A stretch of 64,000 bases of DNA from an uncultured Chloroflexia bacterium (GCA_963796365.1 CAWCLJ010000003.1:654800-718799); one strand, 5' to 3'. Shown: positions 38,616 to 48,882, numbered from the stretch's first letter. Numbers and translations: made by a program. The notes: generated by a model from the sequence alone, not told the origin.

Positions 38616-40451
38616 TTGGTCAACAATCTTATCGAAGCTAGAATCGAGCGACTTCCGCACCGGCCCGGCGTCTATATCATGAGGGACGCCGCCAGGAACA
38701 TTATTTACGTCGGTAAAGCCAAGGACCTTTATAACCGCGTAAGTTCTTATTTCCGCACGTCTACCGAAAGGCTGACGCCCAAGACCCAGCTTCTGGTGGA
38801 ACAGGTCGCGGATATTGATTTTTACATTGCTTCTTCGGAGCAGGAAGCTCTTATCATGGAGCTTAACTTCATCAAGCAGTACCATCCGCGTTTTAACATC
38901 AGCTTGATGGATGACAAGACTTTTCCGTATCTTAAAATCAATATCAGGGAAACCTGGCCGAGGGTTTATTCAACACGGCGTTTCGAGCAGGACGGCGGGC
39001 GCTACTTCGGCCCGTTTTCCAGCGCTTATTCGGTCAAGCAGACGTTACGTACCCTTAAACACATTTTCCCCCTCCGCTTTTGCACCGGGGAATTAAACGC
39101 GGAAAAACCCCGGCGGCCTTGCCTCGAATACCACCTGGGGCATTGTCTCGGCCCGTGCACCGGTAACGTCGCCCGCGAAGAATATGATGAGGTCATCAAA
39201 GAGGTCATTCTCTTCCTGGAAGGCAAGCAGGAAAATGTTATCCGCAAGCTGCAAGACCGGATGAATAAAGCCTCCGAAGCCATGAATTACGAAGTAGCCG
39301 CTAAAATCCGCGATCAGATACAGGCGATAAATACGGTTATCGAAGGGGAAAAGACAGCCGCCGTCATACGCGGGGAAGAAGATGTCATCGCCTTCGTGCA
39401 GGAAGGGGATAAGGCTTATATCCAGGTCTTCTTTATTAGGGCCAATAAGCTCACCGGGCGCGAAAGCTTTTTGATGAGGGGCACGAAGGATGAAGAGCCG
39501 CGTAAAATTATAACCGGCTTTATCGAGCAGTATTATTCCTCCTGCCCCCAGATACCGCCCCTTTTGCTTTTGCAATACCCGGTGGATGATAAAGAAGTCA
39601 TCGAGGGCTGGTTGAAGGATAAAAGAAGCGCTAACGTTGAAATCCGCGTGCCGAAACGCGGTTTGAAAAAACAGTTGATTGACATGGCGATGGAAAATGC
39701 CCGCCAGGGGCTGGACCAGCTTAAGATAAAAGAATTGGCCGATGCCAAATCGCTGGATAAAGCCCTTTCCGAGCTCCAGGACGAGCTGCGCCTGCCGGAG
39801 CTGCCGAAGCGTATGGAAGCCTACGATATTTCCAATATCCAGGGCACTTCGGCCGTTGGCAGCATGGTCGTTTTTGAAAACGGCCGGCCCAACCGCATCC
39901 ATTACCGCCGCTTTAGAATCAAGACTGTCGAAGGCGCCAACGATTACGCCATGCTGCAGGAAGTCCTGCGTCGCCGTTTCCGCCGCGCCGCTAAGAGTGA
40001 TGAAGAAGCGGAAAGCGATAGCTGGCAGATTAAACCTGACCTGGTGCTCATCGATGGCGGTAAAGGGCAGCTAAATTCCGCTTTGGAAGTCTTTAAAGGC
40101 AGCCCGGTAGAGATTCCCTTTATCGGCCTGGCTAAAGAAAACGAGGAGATTTTCCTGCCGCACCGTAAAGACCCTGTCGTCCTGCCGCGCTCCTCGCCGG
40201 GGCTGCAGCTTTTACAGCGCCTTCGTGATGAGGCACACCGCTTTGCCGTAAGCTATCACACTAATGTGCGGACGAAGAAAGCCTTTAAATCGGTGCTGGA
40301 CAGCGTGCCGGGCATCGGCCCCAAGCGTAAGTCGGCTTTATTACGCCGCTTCGGCAGCGTGCAGGGCATTAGAGACGCTTCCATCGAAGAAATCATTGCC
40401 GCTACTGGTATGACCGGCGACCAGGCCGGCAAGGTTAAAGAATACCTTTAG
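38616..40451 (+). CDS. uvrC: Excinuclease ABC subunit C
   Basis: GIY-YIG N-terminus (PGVYIMRD...IIYVGKA), UvrBC domain, C-terminal (HhH)2. TTG start with AGGAG. Confidence 0.96.
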   Translation: MVNNLIEARIERLPHRPGVYIMRDAARNIIYVGKAKDLYNRVSSYFRTSTERLTPKTQLLVEQVADIDFYIASSEQEALIMELNFIKQYHPRFNISLMDDKTFPYLKINIRETWPRVYSTRRFEQDGGRYFGPFSSAYSVKQTLRTLKHIFPLRFCTGELNAEKPRRPCLEYHLGHCLGPCTGNVAREEYDEVIKEVILFLEGKQENVIRKLQDRMNKASEAMNYEVAAKIRDQIQAINTVIEGEKTAAVIRGEEDVIAFVQEGDKAYIQVFFIRANKLTGRESFLMRGTKDEEPRKIITGFIEQYYSSCPQIPPLLLLQYPVDDKEVIEGWLKDKRSANVEIRVPKRGLKKQLIDMAMENARQGLDQLKIKELADAKSLDKALSELQDELRLPELPKRMEAYDISNIQGTSAVGSMVVFENGRPNRIHYRRFRIKTVEGANDYAMLQEVLRRRFRRAAKSDEEAESDSWQIKPDLVLIDGGKGQLNSALEVFKGSPVEIPFIGLAKENEEIFLPHRKDPVVLPRSSPGLQLLQRLRDEAHRFAVSYHTNVRTKKAFKSVLDSVPGIGPKRKSALLRRFGSVQGIRDASIEEIIAATGMTGDQAGKVKEYL

Positions 40452-40461
40452 AAATGACAAT

Positions 40462-40560
40462 AAAGAGAGTCCAGAGGGCGAAGCCCTTTGGCGGGAGATC
40501 CGGGAGTGTCCCCCGGCCTATCCTATCATTGGGGTGGGGAAAAGGGGAAGGTTATTTAAA
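40462..40560 (+). repeat. Intergenic repeat family R6 (AAGAGTCCAGAG...GGGAGTGTCCCCCGGCC...GGGG..GG)
   Basis: Second copy at 49031. Confidence 0.75.
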
Positions 40561-40615
40561 GTTTTCTCCTTTTTACTCCTTGTCACTTCCTCGATAATTG
40601 GCTACCTGGTATTTG

Positions 40616-42427
40616 CTACTTAAGCAATAATCCCTCCAGCCTGTCTACGTAATTTCCCAGCACCTCGAATGTTTCCTCCACCGGCTTTGGCGTCGTAAGG
40701 TCAATGCCGGCTATCTTTAAAGCGTCCAGTGGATAAACGGAGCTGCCGGCGCTCAAGAATTTCAAATAGTCCTGCGCCGCTCCTGGGACGCCGTCGAGGA
40801 TTCTTTTGGAGAGGGCGTGGGCCGCGGAAATACCGGTGGCGTATTGATAGACATAGTAGTCGTAATAAAGGTGCCCGAAGGTCGCCCAGGTTATCCCAAT
40901 TCGTTCACGGTCGATGTGCATTTCGCCACCGTAAGCTTCCTCGTAAAGCCCGGTCATCAACTCAATCATCGCGTCAGCCGTCAGGCCTTCGCCGCGTTCC
41001 ACCCGCTGGTGGACTTCCAGTTCGAATCGCGCCAGCGTCGGCATGATAAAGAAATAGCGGTGGAAGTTGGACATCGCCTCTTCCAGTATCGCTATCTGGA
41101 AACCGGGGTCGGTATTTGTCTTTAGCAAATGGCCGCGTACCATCGCCTGGTGGAAGTTAGACGCAACTTCCGCGATAAAAAGGGAATAACCGCTGTAAAT
41201 GAACGGTTGGGTCTTCCATGTCAGGTAAGAGTGCATCGAATGTCCCAGTTCATGCGCCAGCGTGCTCAACGACTCCACATCATCGGTAAAACTCATGCAG
41301 ATAAACGGGTGCGTGCCGTAGGTCCCGGAGGAAAAAGCCCCGGCCGCTTTGCCCTGGTTCGGCGGGAAGTCCACCCATCTTTCAGATAAACAGCCCTGTT
41401 TCAGCACCTTGACATAATCTTTTCCCAGCGGAGTAACGCCGTCGGCCACATAGTCTATCACCTGGCGGTATTTCAGACGTGGTTTATAGCTGGTCAGCGG
41501 CGCCCAGATATCATAGGTGTTCAATTCCTTGACACCCAGTGCTTTGCGGCGCAGCCTCCAGTATTTGTGCCAGGTCGGGAGGTTCTTTTTGAACACGTTT
41601 ATTAGGTTGTAAAAGACTTCTACCGGTATCTTGTTATCGAAAAGCGATGCTTCTAGCGTGCTGGCGTGCTTGCGTACCTGCATATCCAAAACGTCTTGTT
41701 TTACGGAAGAAGCCAGCGTGCTGGCAAGGGTATTCTTATGGTTGAGATATCCGTCCGAATAATTTTCCCATCCGGTACGGCGTAGCTCTCGGTCGGTATC
41801 ATTGAGGATGGCATCGATTGAGCTCTGGGTAACCGGCGTTTCGTGCCCGTCGGAGGAACTGGCGGGTTTGAATTTGATGTCCGCCTCGGTTAAAAAACCG
41901 TAGGTGCTGCTTGGACCGCTGAACGGGCTAGCCAGCATGCCCATGATTTCTTCGACTTCTGAAGAACGGATATGCTCTTTTTTGCGGAAAAGGTTATTGA
42001 AAAAGTGAGCGTATATTTTTAATGTGGGTTCTTCTTTCATCCATTTCTCGATTGTTTTCTGCCCGATGGAAAGCAATTCCGGCTCTAAAAAGGCGGTTGC
42101 CCCGGCCGCTTTTCCCGCCAGCATTTGCGAACGATCGTTAAGCGCGGCGGCGGTTTGGTCCTGCATATCAACCGAGTGGGACATACTGGCATAAACAATG
42201 AGGATATTTGTCCGCTTCATTATATCCTCTGTATTTTGCAGAACGTTATATAGCTCTTTCGGCCCGCTCCGCATTTTTTCTTTAGCAGGCTGTAATTGAG
42301 ACAAAATTTCTTCGACCGACTTAAATTCCTTTTCCCAGGCTTGAACGGATGGGAAAACACTCGGCGCGTTCCAGGTATTTTCCAGAGGGATTTCTTTTCT
42401 TGGGGGCACGGTTAATTCAGCCATCAC
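40616..42427 (-). CDS. pepF: Oligoendopeptidase F (M3B)
   Basis: HELGHSMH zinc motif. 603 aa. Confidence 0.9.
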   Translation of the reverse strand: MMAELTVPPRKEIPLENTWNAPSVFPSVQAWEKEFKSVEEILSQLQPAKEKMRSGPKELYNVLQNTEDIMKRTNILIVYASMSHSVDMQDQTAAALNDRSQMLAGKAAGATAFLEPELLSIGQKTIEKWMKEEPTLKIYAHFFNNLFRKKEHIRSSEVEEIMGMLASPFSGPSSTYGFLTEADIKFKPASSSDGHETPVTQSSIDAILNDTDRELRRTGWENYSDGYLNHKNTLASTLASSVKQDVLDMQVRKHASTLEASLFDNKIPVEVFYNLINVFKKNLPTWHKYWRLRRKALGVKELNTYDIWAPLTSYKPRLKYRQVIDYVADGVTPLGKDYVKVLKQGCLSERWVDFPPNQGKAAGAFSSGTYGTHPFICMSFTDDVESLSTLAHELGHSMHSYLTWKTQPFIYSGYSLFIAEVASNFHQAMVRGHLLKTNTDPGFQIAILEEAMSNFHRYFFIMPTLARFELEVHQRVERGEGLTADAMIELMTGLYEEAYGGEMHIDRERIGITWATFGHLYYDYYVYQYATGISAAHALSKRILDGVPGAAQDYLKFLSAGSSVYPLDALKIAGIDLTTPKPVEETFEVLGNYVDRLEGLLLK

Positions 42428-42579
42428 GGCACCTCCTTACGGAATAACCAATAACCAAGACTCGGTGAAAATAAATACCAATTAAAAGTTTCCAATTCCC
42501 AACCTCTTTCACCCATTTGTCAAAGGATATTTGAAATTGGATATTGGATATTAACATCTCACTGCTTATTACTTCCACA

Positions 42580-43344
42580 TCACTCGAGATATTTTTGAAG
42601 GGTTATTGCATTATCTATAGCATACCCGGCGCTATCGTTATTGAAATAAATATATACTTCTTTCAAATGTTTTGCCAGCTTGCTGATTTTCTCCGCCCAC
42701 TCTTTCATCTCTTCATCATCATATTTGCTGATATACAGGTCGTTTTTGCCGTGAAAACGTATGTAAGCAAAATCAGCCGTGGCAACCAGCGGGGAGGTTA
42801 GGCCGGGCATATCGAAGATGCAGAACCCGTCGCCGTGTTTTTTCAGGATGTCGTAAACGTCTTCGTGGTACCAGGATTTATTCCGGAACTCGAAAATATG
42901 CTTGAACTGGCGCGGCAGGATGCTTAAAAATTCTTCCAGCCTTTCATCATTGCGTTCAAAACTATCAGGGAGTTGGAAAAGCAGAGGGCCGGTCTTTTCA
43001 CTTAATGGGGCAATTCTCGACATAAAGACAGCGATGAAAGCCGCCCCGTCCTTGAGCTTTTTCATATGGGTGATATAACGGCTCACTTTAACCGCAAAGA
43101 AAAAGTCTTCCGGTGAGGCATCGTGCCATTCTCGGGACGCTTTTTCGGTGGGGAGACGGTAAAAAGTATTATTCAATTCCACGGTTCGGAAATGCTGGCC
43201 GTAAAATTCCAGCCACTTGTTCTTCGGCAGCTTCTCCGGATAAAATTTGCCGCGCCAGTCATCGTAATGCCAGCCGGAAGTACCGATATAATATTTGGCC
43301 AACGCGCATCCCTTCGGATACATTTTAGCACCAATGCAGGTCAA
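42580..43344 (-). CDS. DUF72 family protein
   Basis: YYIGTSGWHYDDWRGKFYP signature. The true start is probably downstream (ATG 43323 or TTG 43302). Confidence 0.85.
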   Translation of the reverse strand: MTCIGAKMYPKGCALAKYYIGTSGWHYDDWRGKFYPEKLPKNKWLEFYGQHFRTVELNNTFYRLPTEKASREWHDASPEDFFFAVKVSRYITHMKKLKDGAAFIAVFMSRIAPLSEKTGPLLFQLPDSFERNDERLEEFLSILPRQFKHIFEFRNKSWYHEDVYDILKKHGDGFCIFDMPGLTSPLVATADFAYIRFHGKNDLYISKYDDEEMKEWAEKISKLAKHLKEVYIYFNNDSAGYAIDNAITLQKYLE

Positions 43345-43457
43345 CTAATAATAAATAAAAAAGATAAAATAATAAACTAAAAACTTAATGATAAATACAC
43401 GATAACGTCTTTCCTGCGAAGGTTGCTCCGTATAACCTCTAAAACAGGGATTTAATT

Positions 43458-43527
43458 GTCATTGCGAGCCATCGTGGTTCGCCCCGTAAAACCTCCTATA
43501 TGCGAAGCATGAGGCGTGGCAATCTCA
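43458..43527 (+). repeat. Intergenic repeat family R1
   Basis: GTCATTGCGAGCCATCG...GGCGTGGCAATCTCA. Confidence 0.8.
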
Positions 43528-43643
43528 CACCCTGGCATTGTGAAGTGTTCTGCCTTTTCACTCTAACTAACATTGAATCGCGAAAGTCCTAATCGTGTAA
43601 TTTGTTTCGTGCTTTCCCTGGTTATTCTTGACCTGCATCAGTT

Positions 43644-44321
43644 GTGTTAGCTATGATGAAAAGTAATATGGAAAAGAAAATCGCTGTCCAGATAGATTTT
43701 GACGGCACCGTGACGATTGAAGACGTCAGCTTTTTATTATTGGATACCTTCGTTGGCCCGGCCTGGCGTAAACATCTCGATGATTATTCCTCCGGCGATA
43801 TCACTGTCGGCGCTTTCAATCAAAAAGTCTTCGGCATGATGAAAGCCAGCCGCAAAACTATGCTTGACTTTGTCATGGCCAGCCCCCACGTCAAAATCCG
43901 CCCCGGCTTTAAGGAACTAATCGATTACTGTCAAAAACGCGGCTTTAAAGTCGTCATTGTCAGCAACGGACTGATGTTTTATATTGAAGCGCTTTTAGAA
44001 AGGCTGAGTATAAAAGGCCTGGAAATCCATGCCGCGGAAAATACCTTTTACAAAGGCGGCATGGACGTGAAATACATCGGGCCGGACGGTAAAGAAGTCG
44101 ATGCCGGCTTTAAAGAAGTTTATATTAACGACCTGCGTCAACGCGGCTATAATGTTATCTATATCGGCAACGGCACCTCGGATATCTACCCGGCGCGGCA
44201 GGCGCAGCAGGTATTTGCCTGCGAGGACTTATTGAAAGCATGCAAAAAAGAAGACCTGAAGCATTATTCATTCCAGGATTTCTTCGAGGTTATCAAAGTA
44301 CTGGAATCTCTAGACCATTAA
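43644..44321 (+). CDS. HAD-IB family phosphatase (MtnX-like)
   Basis: DFDGTVT (DxDxT) motif plus GNGTSD. The start may be ATG 43668. Confidence 0.72.
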   Translation: MLAMMKSNMEKKIAVQIDFDGTVTIEDVSFLLLDTFVGPAWRKHLDDYSSGDITVGAFNQKVFGMMKASRKTMLDFVMASPHVKIRPGFKELIDYCQKRGFKVVIVSNGLMFYIEALLERLSIKGLEIHAAENTFYKGGMDVKYIGPDGKEVDAGFKEVYINDLRQRGYNVIYIGNGTSDIYPARQAQQVFACEDLLKACKKEDLKHYSFQDFFEVIKVLESLDH

Positions 44322-45086
44322 CGTAATCCCGATCGGGCAATGGTCGGAACCCATCACCTGCGGCATGATAAAAGCGCTCGTCACGGCAGGCAGCAGGTTT
44401 TCGCTCACGAAGAAATAATCGATTCTCCAGCCCACATTTCGGTATCTCGCCCCGGTTTTCAGGTCCCAGTAGGTGTACTGGTCTGGCTCTTTGTGAAAAT
44501 GCCGGAAAGTATCTACATAGCCGTGGGACTCGAATTTGTCCATCCAGGCCCGTTCCTCCGGTAAAAAGCCGGTATGGGTCACGTTATCCTTCGGTCGCGC
44601 CAGGTCGATTTCCGTATGCGCAGTATTGACATCCCCGCAGATTACCAGCTTTTTACCCGCTTTGACCAAAGAATCTGCGTATCTAAGAAAGGCGTCGTAA
44701 AATTCCATCTTGTAGGGCACGCGCACATTCCCCATGCCGCCGTTTGGGTAATATATATTAAAAAGCGTAAACGCCTGGTATTCCGCGATGATGACCCTTC
44801 CTTCTATCTCTACCTTCTCCTTACCGAATTCATATTCCAGCTTTTTGGGCTCTTCCCGTGTAAAAATGGCCGTACCGCTGTATCCTTTCTTTTCCGCCGG
44901 ATACGACCAGTAAGTAATATAGCCCTTCGTGTCTTTAATGACTTCCTTCAATTGCTCGGTTTGCGCTTTCGTCTCCTGCAGGCAAAGGATATCCGGCGCT
45001 TCTTTCACGAGCAAATCCCAGAAGCCTTTATTAACTATCGCCCGGAACCCGTTGACATTCCATGAAAGCAGTTTCAATTCTTTCAT
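44310..45086 (-). CDS. xth: Exodeoxyribonuclease III
   Basis: LLSWNVNG...LCLQETK...SDHCP motifs. 258 aa. Confidence 0.93.
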   Translation of the reverse strand: MKELKLLSWNVNGFRAIVNKGFWDLLVKEAPDILCLQETKAQTEQLKEVIKDTKGYITYWSYPAEKKGYSGTAIFTREEPKKLEYEFGKEKVEIEGRVIIAEYQAFTLFNIYYPNGGMGNVRVPYKMEFYDAFLRYADSLVKAGKKLVICGDVNTAHTEIDLARPKDNVTHTGFLPEERAWMDKFESHGYVDTFRHFHKEPDQYTYWDLKTGARYRNVGWRIDYFFVSENLLPAVTSAFIMPQVMGSDHCPIGITLMV

Positions 45087-45211
45087 TTTTGTATCTCCAA
45101 TTTGAATATAACCGGCACATTTATTATACTTTTAATAGGTCAATGATTACCACAATCGATTTCTCCGCTGCCTGATACGCTGTTTCCGTCACATAATTCT
45201 TTTTTTGAAAG

Positions 45212-47722
45212 GTGGATGTTTTGGAGAAAGTCTTTACCAATCTTACAAACGGCGGGCCGGTACTTGTTTACGTTAAGGATGATAAAATCGTCCGCATCCG
45301 CCCGCTGGTCTTTAACGATAGTGATGCTCCTTCATGGACGATTAAAGCTGGCGGACAGTGTTTTACGCCGCTGCGTAAGGCCTGCGTTTCTCCGTACACT
45401 TCGGTGGAAAAAGCCCGGATATATTCCGATATCCGCCTTAAATATCCCCTTATCCGTGAAGATTTCGACCCGGACGGGAAACGCAATCCCCAGAGCCGCG
45501 GCCGGTCCGGCTACAAGCGCATTAGCTGGGACGCGGCTTTAGACATCGTTGCCGGAGAAATAAAAAGAATCCAGAAAACCTACGGCCCGGAAGCGGTCAT
45601 GTCCCGTGCGTCTTCCCATCATAATTGGGGGAACATCGGCTACCGCACCTCGACCTGGGCGCGTTTTTTCAACCTTTTGGGTTTTACGGATATCTTAGAT
45701 AACCCCGATAGCTGGGAAGGTTGGCATTGGGGCGCCCCGCATACCTACGGCTTTTACTGGCGTCTCGGTATGCCGGAACAGTATGATCTGCTGGAAGATG
45801 CACTGAAAAATACTGAGCTAATCGTCCACTGGGGTAACGACCCCGATTCCACACGCGGCATCTACGGTGGCCAGGAAGCTGCCCAATGGCGCATATGGCT
45901 TAGAAAACTGGGTAAGAAACAGATTTTTATCGACCCGTTCTGTAACTATACGGCCACCATTATGGGTGATAAATGGATAGCGCCCCGCCCCGGCACCGAT
46001 GCCGCCCTGGCGGAAGCTATCGCTTACGTCTGGCTGTCCGAAGGCACTTACGATAAAAAATACCTCGCCACCCATTCTATTGGCTTTGAAGAATTTAAAA
46101 CGCGCATTTTGAATGAAAAACACTCGCCGGAATGGGCGGCAGAAATCTGTGATGTGCCGGAATATGTTATAAAAGGCCTCGCCCGGGAGTGGGCTTCCAA
46201 ACGTACCATGCTGGCCGGCGGTTCCCGCGGCGGCGAGTCCGGTACCTGCCGCCAGGCTTACGGCACGGAATGGGCCCGCCTGATGATTCTATTACAGGCG
46301 ATGCAGGGGCTGGGCCGGCCCGGCGTTAATATCTGGGGCACGACCATGGGCACGCCTTATAACGCCGAGTTCAACTTCCCGGGTTATGCCACTTACGGGC
46401 TGGCTTTCCTTAACCGTTTTGCCAAAAAGCAGGCATCCAACCCGGTCAAACAGCGCCTTTACCGCTTATTGCTGCCGGAAGCTATCTTAAATCCTCCCGT
46501 GCACTGGATGGGTGAGACTTTCTGCGGCCAGTCCATCGAGCAGCAATTTAAAGAATTTACCTATCCTGCTCCCGGCTATAATGAAGTGAAAATGTTCTAC
46601 CGCTACGGCGGTTCTTATCTCGGCACGATGACGGAGACCAACCGCTATGTCCGCATGTATCAGAGCCCCAAACTGGAATTCGTCGTTAACCAGGACTGCT
46701 GGTGGTGCACGGAAACTCAACTGGCGGATATTATCCTGCCGGCTTGCACCAATTTTGAACGCCCTGATATCGGCGAATGGGCCAATACCGGTGGCTATAC
46801 GCACCACGGCTCCAACGCCTGCAACCACCGCGTTATCGTTTACCAGCATAAATGTATCGAGCCGCTTTATGAGTCGAAATCAGATTATCAAATTTTTACC
46901 GGGTTAGCCGCTAAACTCGGTTTTAAAAATGACTATACCGATGGCGGCAATACGGAAGAAGACTGGGTCAAAAAAGTCTACGATGTTTCCGATTTGCCGA
47001 AATACATTTCGTTCGAGGACTTCAAGCAAAAAGGTTATTTTATCGTCCCGATGCCGAAAAACTATAAACCTACCCCCGGCCTGCGCTGGTTTTATGAAGG
47101 TCGTGACTGCGATACCCCGGACCACTTTAACCCCAAGCGCAACACCGCCAAGGGCAAAGAGCTTGGCACTTACAGCGGTAAAATCGAATTTGTCTCGGAA
47201 AGCTTGAAACAGCACCTTCCTGACGATGAAGAAAGGCCGCCACTGCCCCGCTATATTCCCAGCTGGGAGGGCTATAATTCCGGGCTGGCTAATAAATATC
47301 CCTTGCAGCTCATCACGCCCCACCCCAGGTATTCGTTCCACACGCACCACGATGCAAATGCGACGTGGTTGGGGGAGATAAAGGGCCATCGGATTCTAAA
47401 GGACGGTATTCATTGGCGCCCCGTGCGTCTTAACCCCTCCGATGCCGCCGTCCGGGGTATCGAAGAAGGTGATATCGTCAAGCTTTTTAACGACCGCGGC
47501 ATCGTGCTCTGCATCGCCGAGGTTACCGAAAGGATCCGGCCGGGTGTAGCGCATTGTTATTACGGCTCCGGCAAATACGACCCCATCGAGCCCGGCAACC
47601 CTGACAGCCCCGACCGCGGCGGCTGTGTAGCCATTTTAACGCCTTCCCGTATGTTATCTAAAAACGCCCCCGGCATGGCGCCCAACTCCTGCCTCATTGA
47701 AATAGAAAAGTGGTATAAATAA
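45212..47722 (+). CDS. Molybdopterin oxidoreductase, pyrogallol-hydroxytransferase large-subunit (AthL)-like
   Basis: 836 aa. N-terminus GGPVLVYVKDDKIVRIRP...APSWTI...FTP and PDSWEGWHWG resemble AthL as I recall it. No N-terminal Cys cluster and no twin-arginine signal. Confidence 0.8.
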   Translation: MDVLEKVFTNLTNGGPVLVYVKDDKIVRIRPLVFNDSDAPSWTIKAGGQCFTPLRKACVSPYTSVEKARIYSDIRLKYPLIREDFDPDGKRNPQSRGRSGYKRISWDAALDIVAGEIKRIQKTYGPEAVMSRASSHHNWGNIGYRTSTWARFFNLLGFTDILDNPDSWEGWHWGAPHTYGFYWRLGMPEQYDLLEDALKNTELIVHWGNDPDSTRGIYGGQEAAQWRIWLRKLGKKQIFIDPFCNYTATIMGDKWIAPRPGTDAALAEAIAYVWLSEGTYDKKYLATHSIGFEEFKTRILNEKHSPEWAAEICDVPEYVIKGLAREWASKRTMLAGGSRGGESGTCRQAYGTEWARLMILLQAMQGLGRPGVNIWGTTMGTPYNAEFNFPGYATYGLAFLNRFAKKQASNPVKQRLYRLLLPEAILNPPVHWMGETFCGQSIEQQFKEFTYPAPGYNEVKMFYRYGGSYLGTMTETNRYVRMYQSPKLEFVVNQDCWWCTETQLADIILPACTNFERPDIGEWANTGGYTHHGSNACNHRVIVYQHKCIEPLYESKSDYQIFTGLAAKLGFKNDYTDGGNTEEDWVKKVYDVSDLPKYISFEDFKQKGYFIVPMPKNYKPTPGLRWFYEGRDCDTPDHFNPKRNTAKGKELGTYSGKIEFVSESLKQHLPDDEERPPLPRYIPSWEGYNSGLANKYPLQLITPHPRYSFHTHHDANATWLGEIKGHRILKDGIHWRPVRLNPSDAAVRGIEEGDIVKLFNDRGIVLCIAEVTERIRPGVAHCYYGSGKYDPIEPGNPDSPDRGGCVAILTPSRMLSKNAPGMAPNSCLIEIEKWYK

Positions 47723-47793
47723 TTCTCCTTCTTATTCCTCCTTACTAAGGAGGGAGGATGATAGAATATAACCAGAGATAGCATGATTTGTCT

Positions 47794-47845
47794 CATCATC
47801 CTCTCCCTTTGAAAAAGGGAGAGTTAGAGAGGGATTTTAATTCGG
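47794..47845 (+). repeat. Intergenic repeat family R4 (minimal form)
   Basis: CATCATCC TCTCCCTTTGAAAAAGGGAGAG TTAGAGAGGGATTTT. Confidence 0.75.
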
Positions 47846-47855
47846 GGAGGAAAAA

Positions 47856-48401
47856 ATGGCAGCAAAAACCGTTATGGAAGTTATCAAAGCCAGGAAAAGC
47901 ATCAGGGCTTACGAGGACAAACCGCTACCTAAAGATGTCGTCAGGGATATCCTGGAAGCGGCCAAGAACGCTCCAACCGCCCGTAATATGCAGGAATTGG
48001 AATACCGTGTCATTACCAATAAGTCGCTGGTTGAAAAATGTAATGCCGGTATCGCCGCCGCCGTACAGGCTGAAGGCATCCCTCTTAAAGGACCGCCCGG
48101 AGCTAACCCCGGTTTCTTTTATGGCGCGCCGCTCGTAATCATTATCCTCGCGCCGAAAGACAACGCTTGGGCGCCGGTCGATGCCGGGCTGGCGGCACAG
48201 AATATCATGCTTTATGCCACTTCTATTGACCTGGGGTCGGTTTTTATCGGCATGGCCAGGTTCATTGAAAAAGATAAGGCGCTGGCGAAAACTCTGCATA
48301 TTGCGGATAACATGACTATTGTGGCTACCGTTATCTGCGGTTATCCGGCGGAAAACCCTGAGCCAAGAGAGAAGCACTTAAAAGCCGAGTACTTCGAATA
48401 A
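47856..48401 (+). CDS. Nitroreductase family protein
   Basis: VMEVIKARKSIRAYE...APTARNMQ. GGGGAGG SD. Confidence 0.85.
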   Translation: MAAKTVMEVIKARKSIRAYEDKPLPKDVVRDILEAAKNAPTARNMQELEYRVITNKSLVEKCNAGIAAAVQAEGIPLKGPPGANPGFFYGAPLVIIILAPKDNAWAPVDAGLAAQNIMLYATSIDLGSVFIGMARFIEKDKALAKTLHIADNMTIVATVICGYPAENPEPREKHLKAEYFE

Positions 48402-48408
48402 CTGGTCT

Positions 48409-48476
48409 TGTCATCCTGGAGCGACCTGTCCCGTATGAGCGAAGCGAATCGGGAAGCGAAGGATATCAGGGGCAGG
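48409..48476 (+). repeat. Intergenic repeat family R2
   Basis: TGTCATCCTGGAGCGACCTGTCCCG...GAAGGATATCAGGGGCAGG. Confidence 0.85.
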
Positions 48477-48530
48477 TGGATTGTCATCGCCAGCTATTGA
48501 GCAAATAATCACGTGGTAACGCACCAACTC

Positions 48531-48640
48531 GTCATCCCCGCGAAAGCGGGGATCCGCCACGAAAAAGCGATAAATGATTGAAGCCGATGTTGGATTCCTG
48601 CCCCAGTTTACCCCATACTCCGATACGGGCCAGGATTAAC
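48531..48640 (+). repeat. MITE-like element family R5 (right end degenerate)
   Basis: GTCATCCCCGCGAAAGCGGGGATCC...GGATTCCTGCCCC...GATACGGG aligns with the 49529 copy. Confidence 0.75.
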
Positions 48641-48716
48641 GATTTTTTTATTTGGTGTTTGTAATTTGTTTAGAGTTTAGATATTAGGATTTAGAGTTTT
48701 CCCTGAATAGGGGATT

Positions 48717-48791
48717 TGGAGCGGAAGACGGGATTCGAACCCGCGACTTCCTCCTTGGCAAGGAGGCATTCTACCACTGAACTACTTCCGC
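48717..48791 (-). tRNA. tRNA-Gly (GCC)
   Basis: Reverse complement GCGGAAGTAGTTCAGTGGTAGAATGCCTCCTTGCCAAGGAGGAAGTCGCGGGTTCGAATCCCGTCTTCCGCTCCA. Cloverleaf, anticodon loop TTGCCAA, encoded CCA. Confidence 0.95.
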
Positions 48792-48805
48792 TTGTGTCTT
48801 TAACA

Positions 48806-48882
48806 TGGTGCCGAGGCCCAGAATCGGACTGGGGACACCTTGATTTTCAGTCAAGTGCTCTACCTACTGAGCTACCTCGGCA
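48806..48882 (-). tRNA. tRNA-Phe (GAA)
   Basis: Reverse complement GCCGAGGTAGCTCAGTAGGTAGAGCACTTGACTGAAAATCAAGGTGTCCCCAGTCCGATTCTGGGCCTCGGCACCA. Anticodon loop CTGAAAA. Confidence 0.95.

Noticed and set aside
39093-39902. Long antisense ORFs inside real genes (39093..39902 in uvrC, 9987..10508 in etfB, 54034..55705 in the fusion/panD region, 44574..45065 in xth, 49894..50457 in the MFS gene, 20935..21426 in pilMN)
   Set aside because: These are shadow ORFs in GC-balanced coding DNA. They have no motifs and no SD, and the opposite strand carries strongly recognisable proteins.
45212-47722. Selenocysteine (in-frame TGA) in the molybdoenzyme
   Set aside because: The frame is uninterrupted over 836 codons. 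There is no internal TGA and no SECIS-like hairpin is needed.
47788-48138. ORF 47788..48138 (MSHHPLPLKKGELERDF...)
   Set aside because: It starts in repeat R4 and then overlaps the nitroreductase gene out of frame.
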